DNA from: Candidatus Methylomirabilales bacterium
GTDB taxonomy: Bacteria > Methylomirabilota > Methylomirabilia > Methylomirabilales > CSP1-5
Assembly (NCBI GenBank): GCA_046758505.1
Contig: JBHIAH010000047.1
Location: 1-19,191, forward strand
DNA: 19,191 bases
Direction of reading: 5' to 3'
The notes under the pieces were generated by a model that was not told the origin of the DNA, made no database searches, and saw only the letters and a program-made list of their open reading frames with translations. Each line of letters starts with the position of its first letter. Positions within the stretch are counted from its first letter, which is position 1. The position numbers and the translations under genes were made by a program. Of this stretch, positions 1-9,726 are shown one piece after another.

Positions 1-40
1 CCGTAGGTGCATGGGAGCCCTACCCAGCTCCCACAAAGAG

Positions 41-81
41 AGGGGCGAGAACTCAAAAGGTTCTTCGCCCCTTGTCTTTTT
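41..81 (+). terminator. GC-rich hairpin with T-rich tail, probable intrinsic terminator
   Basis: AGGGGCGA-GAAC (41-52) pairs with GTTC-t-TCGCCCCT (60-72), followed by TGTCTTTTT. It lies about 110 bp beyond the stop of the minus-strand HIT gene. Confidence 0.55.
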
Positions 82-187
82 GAGTCTTAGAGCGGCCTCG
101 CGCACAGCCCGAAAAGAGTCGGCGGGACAGGCTGTTTTGTGATGCCCTTTTTTGCGGTTGGACCGAAAATACGACTGAGATGAACAC

Positions 188-610
188 TTAGGGGGGCGTA
201 CAGGCCTGGCGGAGTGTGGCGGCGAGCCCCTCGAGACTCTCCGTCCCCCGCATCCGGGCGATGCTCTTCATGCTCCCGCCTCCGTCGGCCGGATACCGGG
301 GGATGATGTGGACGTGGACGTGAAAGACTTCCTGCCCCGACGCCTTGCCATTATTGACGCCCAGATTGAAGCCCGCCGCGCCCATGGCCTGCTGCACTTT
401 CCCCGCCACCAGGGCCGCCACCTGAAACAGCCGCCCCGCCGCTTCGGCTGGCATCTCGGTCAATGTCGCGTAATGCTCGCGGGGGATGACCAGCGTGTGC
501 CCCGGGGTGCAGGGGAAGATGTCGAGGAAGGCCACCGCCCCCTCGCCGTCATAGATCGTGTGCGCGGGTCGCTTCCCTTGGACGATCTGGCAAAAGAGGC
601 ATCCGGTCAC
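188..610 (-). CDS. HIT (histidine triad) family nucleotide hydrolase, HINT-like
   Basis: CLFC at the N-terminus, FLDIFP..PGHTLVIP, GFNLGVNNG..GQEVFHVHVHII (HxHxHxx triad). Start moved to GTG at 610, which overlaps the upstream TGA (GTGA 607-610). Confidence 0.93.
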   Translation of the reverse strand: MTGCLFCQIVQGKRPAHTIYDGEGAVAFLDIFPCTPGHTLVIPREHYATLTEMPAEAAGRLFQVAALVAGKVQQAMGAAGFNLGVNNGKASGQEVFHVHVHIIPRYPADGGGSMKSIARMRGTESLEGLAATLRQACTPP

Positions 611-1743
611 TCTGCGCTCCGCCCCCTCAACTCCCCCACGTGGAGGGGAACCCACTCCACGATCTGCAGCCCGAAACCCTCGAGGCCCACGATGCGCCGA
701 GGGTTGCTAGTCAAGAGCCGGATCCGACTCAGCCCCAGGTCGACCAGGATCTGGGCGCCGACTCCGTATTCCCGAAGGTCCATCCGCGCCTGTGGGGTCC
801 CCGCAGACTTGGGTCCTCCGGCCTCCGTGAGATGACTGGTCCATCCCACGCCGCCCGAGGCCTCCCGGATATACACCAGCACCCCCTTGCCCGCCTTGCC
901 GATGCATTCGAGGGAGGCTTCGAGTTTCCGTCCGCAATCACAGTGGAGCGACCCGAGGGCATCGCCGAGCAGACACTCCGACTGAACCCTCACCAGGATC
1001 TCTTCCGCCGCCGTCACCTCCCCGAGGATCATGGCCAGATGATGCCGCCCGTCCATCTGGCTTTCGTACAGGATGCCCCGGAACGTGCCAAACCGGGTGG
1101 GAAAGGTGGTGCTCGCGATGCGCTTGACGAGCTTCTCCCGCCGCATCCGAAAATCGATGAGCGCCTTGACGGTCAGGCTCGCCAGGCCGTGGCGCTCGGC
1201 AAAGGTGTGGAGCTCGGGAAGGCGCGCGGCTGCCCCATCGTCCGTCAGGATCGCGCAGAGGACCGCTCCCGGGTAGAGGCCGGCCAGGCGACACAGGTCG
1301 AGGGCCGCCTCGGCCTGGCCGGCGCGGGTCAGGATCCCCCCCTCCTTGGCCCGAAGCGGAAAGATGTGGCCCGGCCGCACCAGATCCTCGGGGCGAGCTT
1401 TCGGATCGACCAGCGTCTGGATCGTTACAGCCCGATCATAGGCAGAAATGCCGGTCGTCGTCCCCGCCCTGGCATCCACCGAGACACAGTAGGTGATGTC
1501 ACCGGAGACCGGCTGATCCGGCACCATGACCGGGATCCTCAGAGCCTCGAGGCGTTCCCCGGTGAGGGCCACACCGATAATCCCCCGGGCCTCCCGGGCC
1601 ATAAAGTTGACCGCATCGGAGGTCACCCGCTCGGCTGCCAGGGTCAGCACCCCCTCACTTTCCCTGGCCTCGTCGTCGGCCAAAACCACCATCCGCCCTT
1701 CCCGGACGGCCCCGATTGCCGTTTCCACCAAATGGTCGGTCAC
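607..1743 (-). CDS. RibBA-like fusion (DHBP synthase domain + GTP cyclohydrolase II domain) with degenerate active sites
   Basis: DDEARESEG, GTTTGISAYDR and RPGHIFPL (RibB fold); LVRVQSEC..GD..CDCG, DLREYGVGAQIL and LLTSNP (RibA fold). GTG start at 1743 overlaps the upstream TGA (GTGA 1740-1743); 378 aa. Symbol withheld because catalytic residues are substituted. Confidence 0.9.
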   Translation of the reverse strand: MTDHLVETAIGAVREGRMVVLADDEARESEGVLTLAAERVTSDAVNFMAREARGIIGVALTGERLEALRIPVMVPDQPVSGDITYCVSVDARAGTTTGISAYDRAVTIQTLVDPKARPEDLVRPGHIFPLRAKEGGILTRAGQAEAALDLCRLAGLYPGAVLCAILTDDGAAARLPELHTFAERHGLASLTVKALIDFRMRREKLVKRIASTTFPTRFGTFRGILYESQMDGRHHLAMILGEVTAAEEILVRVQSECLLGDALGSLHCDCGRKLEASLECIGKAGKGVLVYIREASGGVGWTSHLTEAGGPKSAGTPQARMDLREYGVGAQILVDLGLSRIRLLTSNPRRIVGLEGFGLQIVEWVPLHVGELRGRSAE

Positions 1744-2726
1744 GGTCCCTCCTCGACAGCGGCCCGGATTGCCCGGAGGTGGGCTTCGGGAACGTCCAGG
1801 GGGACCACGCATCCCGGGGCCAGAATGTGGCCGAGGCCCCCGGTCTGCGCCAAGGCATCCTTCACCTGGGCCCGCACGGCCTCCTCGGGTCCGTCCCGGA
1901 GGGTCTCGACCTCGTTGAGGCCTCCTACCACGGCACCACGGTAGAGCCTCTGCGCCTCCCCGAGTGAGGGCGCGGTTCGCCGGTCGTGCCAATTGATGGC
2001 CGGAAGGGGATACGTTCCCATCACCTCGAACGGAATGTCCACGCCGTGGACGTGCAAGACCGAGAAGGAACTCCGCCCGGCGACCTGCCCCAGGACCTGC
2101 CGGTCGTACGGTTCCGCGAACCTCCGATGCTCGTCGGCGGTCAGGAAACCGGCTGCCGCCACCTGCGTGGCAAAGAAAATCCCGTCCCCTCCCGCCTGAA
2201 GGCAGGCGGCTGCATACCGACTCATCGTCTCGGTGATCACCTCGAGGGCTCCCTCAATCAGTGCAGGCTTGTCCCGGAGGTCCGCCAGGAATCGCTTATC
2301 CCCCGCGAGCTTTCTCGCGATGGAGAGAGGGCTAAAGATCGTCTGAAGGACCGGCGCGTCGTCCCGGCGGCCCTTCACGATCTCACGAAGACACTGAAGC
2401 TCCCGACCCAACGCCCCCTCCTCAAGATTCAGGGGACGGATCTGCCCCCAGTCGGCGGGACGCTTCACCGCGTGATCGACGCAGACCCGGGAGCCGCCGA
2501 CGTCCCCGCGGTACGCGACCCGGCAGCCCCAGTCCTCCACTGCATAGACCCCGGTGGGCATGACCTTGATGAAATCCAGATCGTAACGCGCGTGAAAGCT
2601 GAGGAGTGCCTGGGCCAGCGCGGACGGGTCCTCGTCGAGCTCGGGAAAATGACGCCAGAAGCTCACCGGGGTTCGGTCCACCGCTTTTCGCCCGAGCGCC
2701 CTTTGGATCCGCTCCGCCTTTGTCAT
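1740..2726 (-). CDS. Uroporphyrinogen decarboxylase/MtaA (methylcobamide:thiol methyltransferase)-fold protein, not canonical HemE
   Basis: ERI..AL....VDRTPV, PVLQTIFSPLS, AGGDGIFF, LHVHG, VVGGL, ILAPGC. It lacks the HemE MRQAGR and NLGHG motifs. Confidence 0.85.
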   Translation of the reverse strand: MTKAERIQRALGRKAVDRTPVSFWRHFPELDEDPSALAQALLSFHARYDLDFIKVMPTGVYAVEDWGCRVAYRGDVGGSRVCVDHAVKRPADWGQIRPLNLEEGALGRELQCLREIVKGRRDDAPVLQTIFSPLSIARKLAGDKRFLADLRDKPALIEGALEVITETMSRYAAACLQAGGDGIFFATQVAAAGFLTADEHRRFAEPYDRQVLGQVAGRSSFSVLHVHGVDIPFEVMGTYPLPAINWHDRRTAPSLGEAQRLYRGAVVGGLNEVETLRDGPEEAVRAQVKDALAQTGGLGHILAPGCVVPLDVPEAHLRAIRAAVEEGP

Positions 2727-2756
2727 CTCGCCTCTGCCTTGGTCAGCACATTCCGC

Positions 2757-2953
2757 CAGTGCCCCTCCAACTAACTCCTCCTAAGGACCCCAGGGCTCCG
2801 CGAGGGGCACTGAGGGGTTGTAGGGGAGAGGCTCCCCTACGCCTGGGGGTGCTCAGCGAGGCGGACGCCGAGCGCCGAAGGGGGGCCTGCCCCCCTAGCG
2901 GAAGTGCCGCACCAGCGTGGAATGCTAGTGAGAAACAGTTGGTGCGGCACTAG
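2757..2953. repeat. Cluster of inverted repeats, MITE/REP-like
   Basis: CAGTGCCCCTC (2757-2767) pairs with GAGGGGCACTG (2802-2812). GTAGGGGA/TCCCCTAC hairpin at about 2820-2840. AGTGCCGCACCAGC (2903-2916) pairs with GTTGGTGCGGCACT (2938-2951) at 13/14 positions, followed by AG. Confidence 0.65.
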
Positions 2954-3056
2954 TCCGCCGGCCAAGCTCTCAGACATCAGCCTTCAGCAATCATCCTCCC
3001 ATGCCCAAAGGAAATTGAGAACACGCTTTTTCTCAATCCTTCATAAATCCCAATGT

Positions 3057-3086
3057 ATCATAGAGACGGCCCGGAAGGGTTGTCAA
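3057..3086 (-). promoter_or_regulatory. Sigma70-type promoter for the URO-D/ribBA-like/HIT operon
   Basis: Minus strand TTGACA (3086-3081), 18-nt spacer, TATGAT (3062-3057). Confidence 0.6.
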
Positions 3087-3135
3087 TGCCTCGGTTGGGA
3101 AGGAATACGGTCGAGCAATGGGCGGAGCGGGCGGA

Positions 3136-3164
3136 TTGACAACGCTCAGGCACCATGCTATCGT
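3136..3164 (+). promoter_or_regulatory. Sigma70-type promoter for clpB
   Basis: TTGACA (3136-3141), 17-nt spacer, TATCGT (3159-3164) preceded by an extended -10 TG. Confidence 0.65.
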
Positions 3165-3205
3165 GGTTTTAGCCTTATTTTTCGTTCTGTTGAGAGGGAC
3201 CCCCC

Positions 3206-5787
<2,582 letters not shown>

Positions 5788-5803
<16 letters not shown>

Positions 5804-5927
5804 TTCAGGCTGGAGAGCTTGCACTCCATGGTTCAGGGTGCATGGTTCATGGCTCTTGGAAGACGTGGGATTTACTACCCTGAACTCTGAACCCTCAACC
5901 CTGAACGATCCACCCTGAACCACGAAC
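5788..5927. repeat. Inverted heptamer tandem array (GGTTCA[G/T] units, then CCCTGAA units)
   Basis: GGTTCAG AGTTCAT AGTTCAG..CATGGTT CAGGGTG CATGGTT CATGGCT, then CCCTGAA CTCTGAA CCCTCAA CCCTGAA..CCCTGAA CCACGAA. Confidence 0.85.
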
Positions 5928-5937
5928 GGGGTTTTCG

Positions 5938-7125
5938 ATGCAGGCGTTGGACGGCATCAAGGTGATTGATCTCTCTCGGATTCTTGCGGGACCGTTCTGC
6001 ACCCTGACCCTGGGCGATATGGGGGCCGAGGTCATCAAGGTGGAGAACCCGGATGGAGGAGATGACACCAGAGGCTGGGGCCCCCCTTTCATCGACGCCG
6101 AAAGTGCGTACTTTCTCAGCATCAACCGTAGCAAAAAGAGTATCACCCTGAACCTCAAGACCGATCGAGGGAAAGGAATCCTGCAGGCCTTACTGAGACA
6201 GGCCGATGTCCTGGTGGAAAACTTCCGCCCGGGCACATTAGACAAGCTCGGGTTCAGCTACGAAGCAGTCCAACAGTTGAATCCCCGCCTCATCTACTGC
6301 TCCATCTCTGGCTTCGGACACACCGGTCCGGAGACGCAGCGGCCAGGCTACGACGTGATTGTCCAGGGGGAAAGCGGGGTCATGAGCCTCACCGGCTTTC
6401 CAGACGGCCCCCCCGTCAAGGTGGGGGTCTCGATCGCAGACATCGTTGCTGGCATGTACGGCGTCCAGGGAATCCTGGTGGCCCTTGTTTCCCGGGAGCG
6501 GAGTGGAAGGGGGCAGAAAGTCGACATCGCGCTTCTGGATAGCATGATTTCCCTCTTGACCTATCAGGCCGGCATCTTTTTTGCCACCGGCCAGAGTCCA
6601 AACAGAATGGGAAACTTCCATCCCACCATCACCCCTTACGAGCCCTTCGAGGCCCAGGATGGCTACTTCAACGTGGCCGTCGGCAACAATGTTCTCTGGG
6701 CTCGCTTTTGCCGAATCCTCGGCCGGGAGGATCTGATGAACGACCCCCGATTTGCCACGGGGACGAAAAGGGTAGAAAACCGGGAACTGCTGCGGCCGAT
6801 CCTGGAGAAAGAGTTCAAGACCCGCTCGGTCCAAGAATGGTTACATATCTTGAACGAAGGGGGCATCCCCTGTGGGGCCATCAACTCTTTAGCCGAGGTT
6901 TTCACCAGCGCGCAGGTGAAAGCCCGAGAGATGATTCTCGAGGTTCCCCATCCATCCCTGGGAACGGTAAAGGTGACGGGGGTGCCGGTGAAACTCTCGG
7001 GCACTCCAGGCCAGATCAAGCATCCGCCCCCACTCTTGGGGGAACATACTGAGGAGGTTTTACAGGCCTGGCTCGGCATGTCCGCAGCGGAGATTCACGA
7101 GCTGCGCGGGGACGGAGTGATCTGA
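5938..7125 (+). CDS. Family III CoA-transferase (CaiB/BaiF, formyl-CoA transferase-like)
   Basis: LDGIKVIDLSRILAGP, GAEVIKVE, NRSKKSITLNLK, ADVLVENFRPG, NPRLIYCSISGFG, PGYD, catalytic SIAD, PPLLGEHT. Confidence 0.95.
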   Translation: MQALDGIKVIDLSRILAGPFCTLTLGDMGAEVIKVENPDGGDDTRGWGPPFIDAESAYFLSINRSKKSITLNLKTDRGKGILQALLRQADVLVENFRPGTLDKLGFSYEAVQQLNPRLIYCSISGFGHTGPETQRPGYDVIVQGESGVMSLTGFPDGPPVKVGVSIADIVAGMYGVQGILVALVSRERSGRGQKVDIALLDSMISLLTYQAGIFFATGQSPNRMGNFHPTITPYEPFEAQDGYFNVAVGNNVLWARFCRILGREDLMNDPRFATGTKRVENRELLRPILEKEFKTRSVQEWLHILNEGGIPCGAINSLAEVFTSAQVKAREMILEVPHPSLGTVKVTGVPVKLSGTPGQIKHPPPLLGEHTEEVLQAWLGMSAAEIHELRGDGVI

Positions 7126-7532
7126 TGTCAGAACCTGTTGCCATTGCTATTGCGATCGCGATCGGCCTCATCGCCATTGCCGTGGCAGCAGCGGTTTTCG
7201 CCGTCTTCCCCTTGCTCCGCCAGGCCCGCGAGACGCTGCGGCGGCTAGACAACTTGATCCAGTCGGCAGAGGGCGATGTCCGCCTCACCGTGGCCGAGGT
7301 TCGGGAGGCAGTTCAAAACCTGAACCAGATCTCGGGAGCGGTCCAGAAGGACATGGGCAAGTTGAGCGGCACCGTCGAATCGGTGGAGCGGTTCGGCGAG
7401 ACACTCCGAAACACCAACGACATTATCCGGACCACCATTCATCCCCGTCTCCTCTCCTTCGGGGCCCTCCTCGTCGGACTCAAGACGGGAAGCTGGTACC
7501 TCTTACGGAAAATCTTTTTGAAGAGGAGGTGA
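7125..7532 (+). CDS. DUF948/YtxG(YoxC)-like membrane-anchored coiled-coil protein
   Basis: N-terminal TM helix followed by a heptad-rich helix; TGATG overlap with the upstream gene; immediately precedes a YtxH-like gene. Confidence 0.7.
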   Translation: MSEPVAIAIAIAIGLIAIAVAAAVFAVFPLLRQARETLRRLDNLIQSAEGDVRLTVAEVREAVQNLNQISGAVQKDMGKLSGTVESVERFGETLRNTNDIIRTTIHPRLLSFGALLVGLKTGSWYLLRKIFLKRR

Positions 7533-7538
7533 TCTCCA

Positions 7539-7835
7539 ATGAGTGAGGACCGTGGATTCGGTGGGGCGGCCTTGACGTTGGCCTTTCTTCTGGGCGGGGC
7601 GTTCGGGGCGCTCGTGGCCCTGCTCAACGCTCCGGAATCGGGAAAGCGCACCCGCGTCCGCATCCGCCGCCTGACCGACGATCTCCAAGAGCGGGCCGTT
7701 GACGTCGCCGAAGAGGTTCGAGAGCGGGTTGACGAGGCCGTAGACCAGGGCCGCGAGGCCATCCTCTCCGCTTTTGAGGCGGGAAAGGAGGCCTTTCAGC
7801 GGGAACGCACGAAGCTCACCTCGTCTTCCTCATGA
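7539..7835 (+). CDS. YtxH domain-containing protein
   Basis: FLLGGAFGALVALLNAPESGKRTR signature followed by a charged helix; GGAGGTG RBS. Confidence 0.88.
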   Translation: MSEDRGFGGAALTLAFLLGGAFGALVALLNAPESGKRTRVRIRRLTDDLQERAVDVAEEVRERVDEAVDQGREAILSAFEAGKEAFQRERTKLTSSSS

Positions 7836-8917
7836 ACGGGCAACAACGACCGCCGCATCGGTGCCCGGGACGGCCATCCCGGGCACCATGCTTTTTTGCC
7901 CCGGTTGCAGGAGCCCGATTCGCCGCGGCAACAGGTTGCTCGTTGCTCGTTGCCCTCTTGCTGAGCCTCCAGGGGACAGCCCTCTCGTGCGAGGGGCAGC
8001 CCTGCGACCGAGACTTTCACCTGGAAGCGGCTCAGGAGGTCCGGCTGCCCCATGGCGGGTATCTCCGGGAGGCCTCGGGGCTCACACAATTCGCCGGAAC
8101 GCTCTGGACGGTCGCAGATAAGAGTGACGCCGCCATTTATCGGCTGAAGCTTCCAGGCCGGGACACAGTGGTCACCGCCCAGGAAGTCCCGCTCGCCATC
8201 CCCCCACCGAACCGCAAGGCGGTGCGGCGGTGCGGGGACCGTCGGCGAGGCCGCCTCGATCTGGAAGGGATCGCGGCGGGTCCGGGTGATTTCCTCTCTC
8301 TCCTCTCGGAATCGTACCGGGCCGTGCTCATCACCCGGGTGGATGACCCGAGGGGCCCCGCCCCGCGAGCCACCGTTCAGGAGATCCTCTGCATTCCCGG
8401 GCACAATCAAAGCAGGAACGATGGCGTGGAGGGATTGAGCGGCTTTCCCGGAGGGACGCTCGCCCTGGAAGAGGGAAAGGGTTGGCCGACGAAGAGACTC
8501 TACCGCTGCCGCTTCCCGAAACGCCGATGCACGCCCCTGCTCTCCCTCGTCTTGAGCGGGCGAACACCCGACCTGACCTCGCTCGATCCCCAAGGGACCA
8601 GGTTCCTGGTCCTGAACACCTTCTGGGGATGGTGGACGCGCTTCCACAAGATCTGCGAAATACACGGAGACGATCCCACCCCCAAAGCCTGCCTGCTCGA
8701 TTTGGCCCAGGTGAAGGCAACGGCGAGGGAGCGGGCGGATCTTCCCGCGTCGTTTCGGCAAGAAGGGGGAACGAACTACGAGGGGATCCACTTCGATCCA
8801 GTTACCGGACGGCTCTATCTCATCAATGATAATAACGCCTTCTGGAACCGGCGTTTCACCGGAGACGCCGAACGCGAGCCCACCCTCCTCCTCATCTTCC
8901 GACTAAAGAGGGACTAG
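7832..8917 (+). CDS. Secreted beta-propeller-like protein (SdiA-regulated/YjiK or phytase-like esterase family)
   Basis: Hydrophobic signal LLVALLLSLQGTALS; repeated blade motifs EASGL..LWTVAD, DLEGIA, GVEGL, NYEGI..LYLIND. The start codon is uncertain (ATGA overlap at 7832). Confidence 0.6.
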   Translation: MNGQQRPPHRCPGRPSRAPCFFAPVAGARFAAATGCSLLVALLLSLQGTALSCEGQPCDRDFHLEAAQEVRLPHGGYLREASGLTQFAGTLWTVADKSDAAIYRLKLPGRDTVVTAQEVPLAIPPPNRKAVRRCGDRRRGRLDLEGIAAGPGDFLSLLSESYRAVLITRVDDPRGPAPRATVQEILCIPGHNQSRNDGVEGLSGFPGGTLALEEGKGWPTKRLYRCRFPKRRCTPLLSLVLSGRTPDLTSLDPQGTRFLVLNTFWGWWTRFHKICEIHGDDPTPKACLLDLAQVKATARERADLPASFRQEGGTNYEGIHFDPVTGRLYLINDNNAFWNRRFTGDAEREPTLLLIFRLKRD

Positions 8918-9633
8918 CGACTGACAAAATCGCGGGCCTCGAGGGACTGGCCGGTCACGTCACGGGAGGCGTCGGAGGCGAGATAGAGAAAGACGGGGGT
9001 GATCTCCTCAGGCGTCGGCAGGGTGAGGGGGTCCTCGTCGGGATAGGCCGTGGCCCGCATGCCAGTGCGGGTCCCACCCGGATTGACGGCGTTCACGCGG
9101 ATGTGGCGAGGCGCCAATTCGGCCGCCAGCAGCTGGGTCAGTCCTTCGAGTCCAAACTTGGAAGCGGCGTAGGCCCCCCAGCGCGGTTTCCCGATGCGAC
9201 CGACGCCCGAGCTCACATTGACGATCGAGCCCCCGCCGGCTGCAATTATCAACGGCAGGCAGGCTTTGACGACGAAGAACGGTCCATGGAGATTGACGGC
9301 CACCACCGCCTCCCAGTCGGCTTCCGGATATTCGAGGATAGGTACCCGGGGACCGAGGAGCGACGCGTTATTGACCAGAACATCCAACCGCCCGAATTGC
9401 CTCTTGATCTCGCCAGCCATCCCCTGAACCTGCTCTCGATCGGCCACATCCACCTGAAGCGGCACGGCGCGTCCCCCCCCTTCCCGGATCTCGGCCGCCG
9501 CCGCTTCGAGCCGCTCTCGGCCTCTGGCCGTCACAACGACGGCGGCCCCCTCCCGCGCATAGGCAGCTGCGACCGCCTTGCCGATGCCTTGACTGGCTCC
9601 GGTGACCAGGGCCACCTTTCCCTCAAGCCGCAT
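8914..9633 (-). CDS. Short-chain dehydrogenase/reductase, YciK-like
   Basis: TGASQGIG, NNAS, YAASK, NPGGTRTGMRATAYP.EDP; the C-terminus resembles E. coli YciK. Confidence 0.93.
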   Translation of the reverse strand: MRLEGKVALVTGASQGIGKAVAAAYAREGAAVVVTARGRERLEAAAAEIREGGGRAVPLQVDVADREQVQGMAGEIKRQFGRLDVLVNNASLLGPRVPILEYPEADWEAVVAVNLHGPFFVVKACLPLIIAAGGGSIVNVSSGVGRIGKPRWGAYAASKFGLEGLTQLLAAELAPRHIRVNAVNPGGTRTGMRATAYPDEDPLTLPTPEEITPVFLYLASDASRDVTGQSLEARDFVSR

Positions 9634-9726
9634 GCAACCCCCTTGTCAACAGCAGGATCCCTCTGCTATCGTTCTTCATGAGCTTTCCGTTGCGCATTTC
9701 GCACATCACACCGAAAGGGAGGAGAC

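Noticed and set aside
1..190. 6S RNA, SRP RNA or group II intron end
   Set aside because: Only short motif resemblances (GGGAGCC, GGTGCA, CCCTACCC); the other conserved elements are absent from the window.
1744..1992. N-terminal extension of the RibBA-like ORF in the ORF track (also 611-655 for HIT, 11495-11776 for JAB, 15774-15827 for M23)
   Set aside because: The extensions overlap upstream genes or promoters; downstream starts fit family N-termini, stop/start coupling or RBS positions.
2727..3060. FMN (RFN) riboswitch upstream of the ribBA-like operon
   Set aside because: The conserved RFN segments (AGGGC.GGGTGAAA.TCCC.ACCGGCGGT, AGTCCGGATGGGAG) are not recognisable on the minus strand.
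3087..3205. CIRCE or CtsR heat-shock operator before clpB
   Set aside because: No TTAGCACTC-N9-GAGTGCTAA and no GGTCAAA direct repeat is visible.
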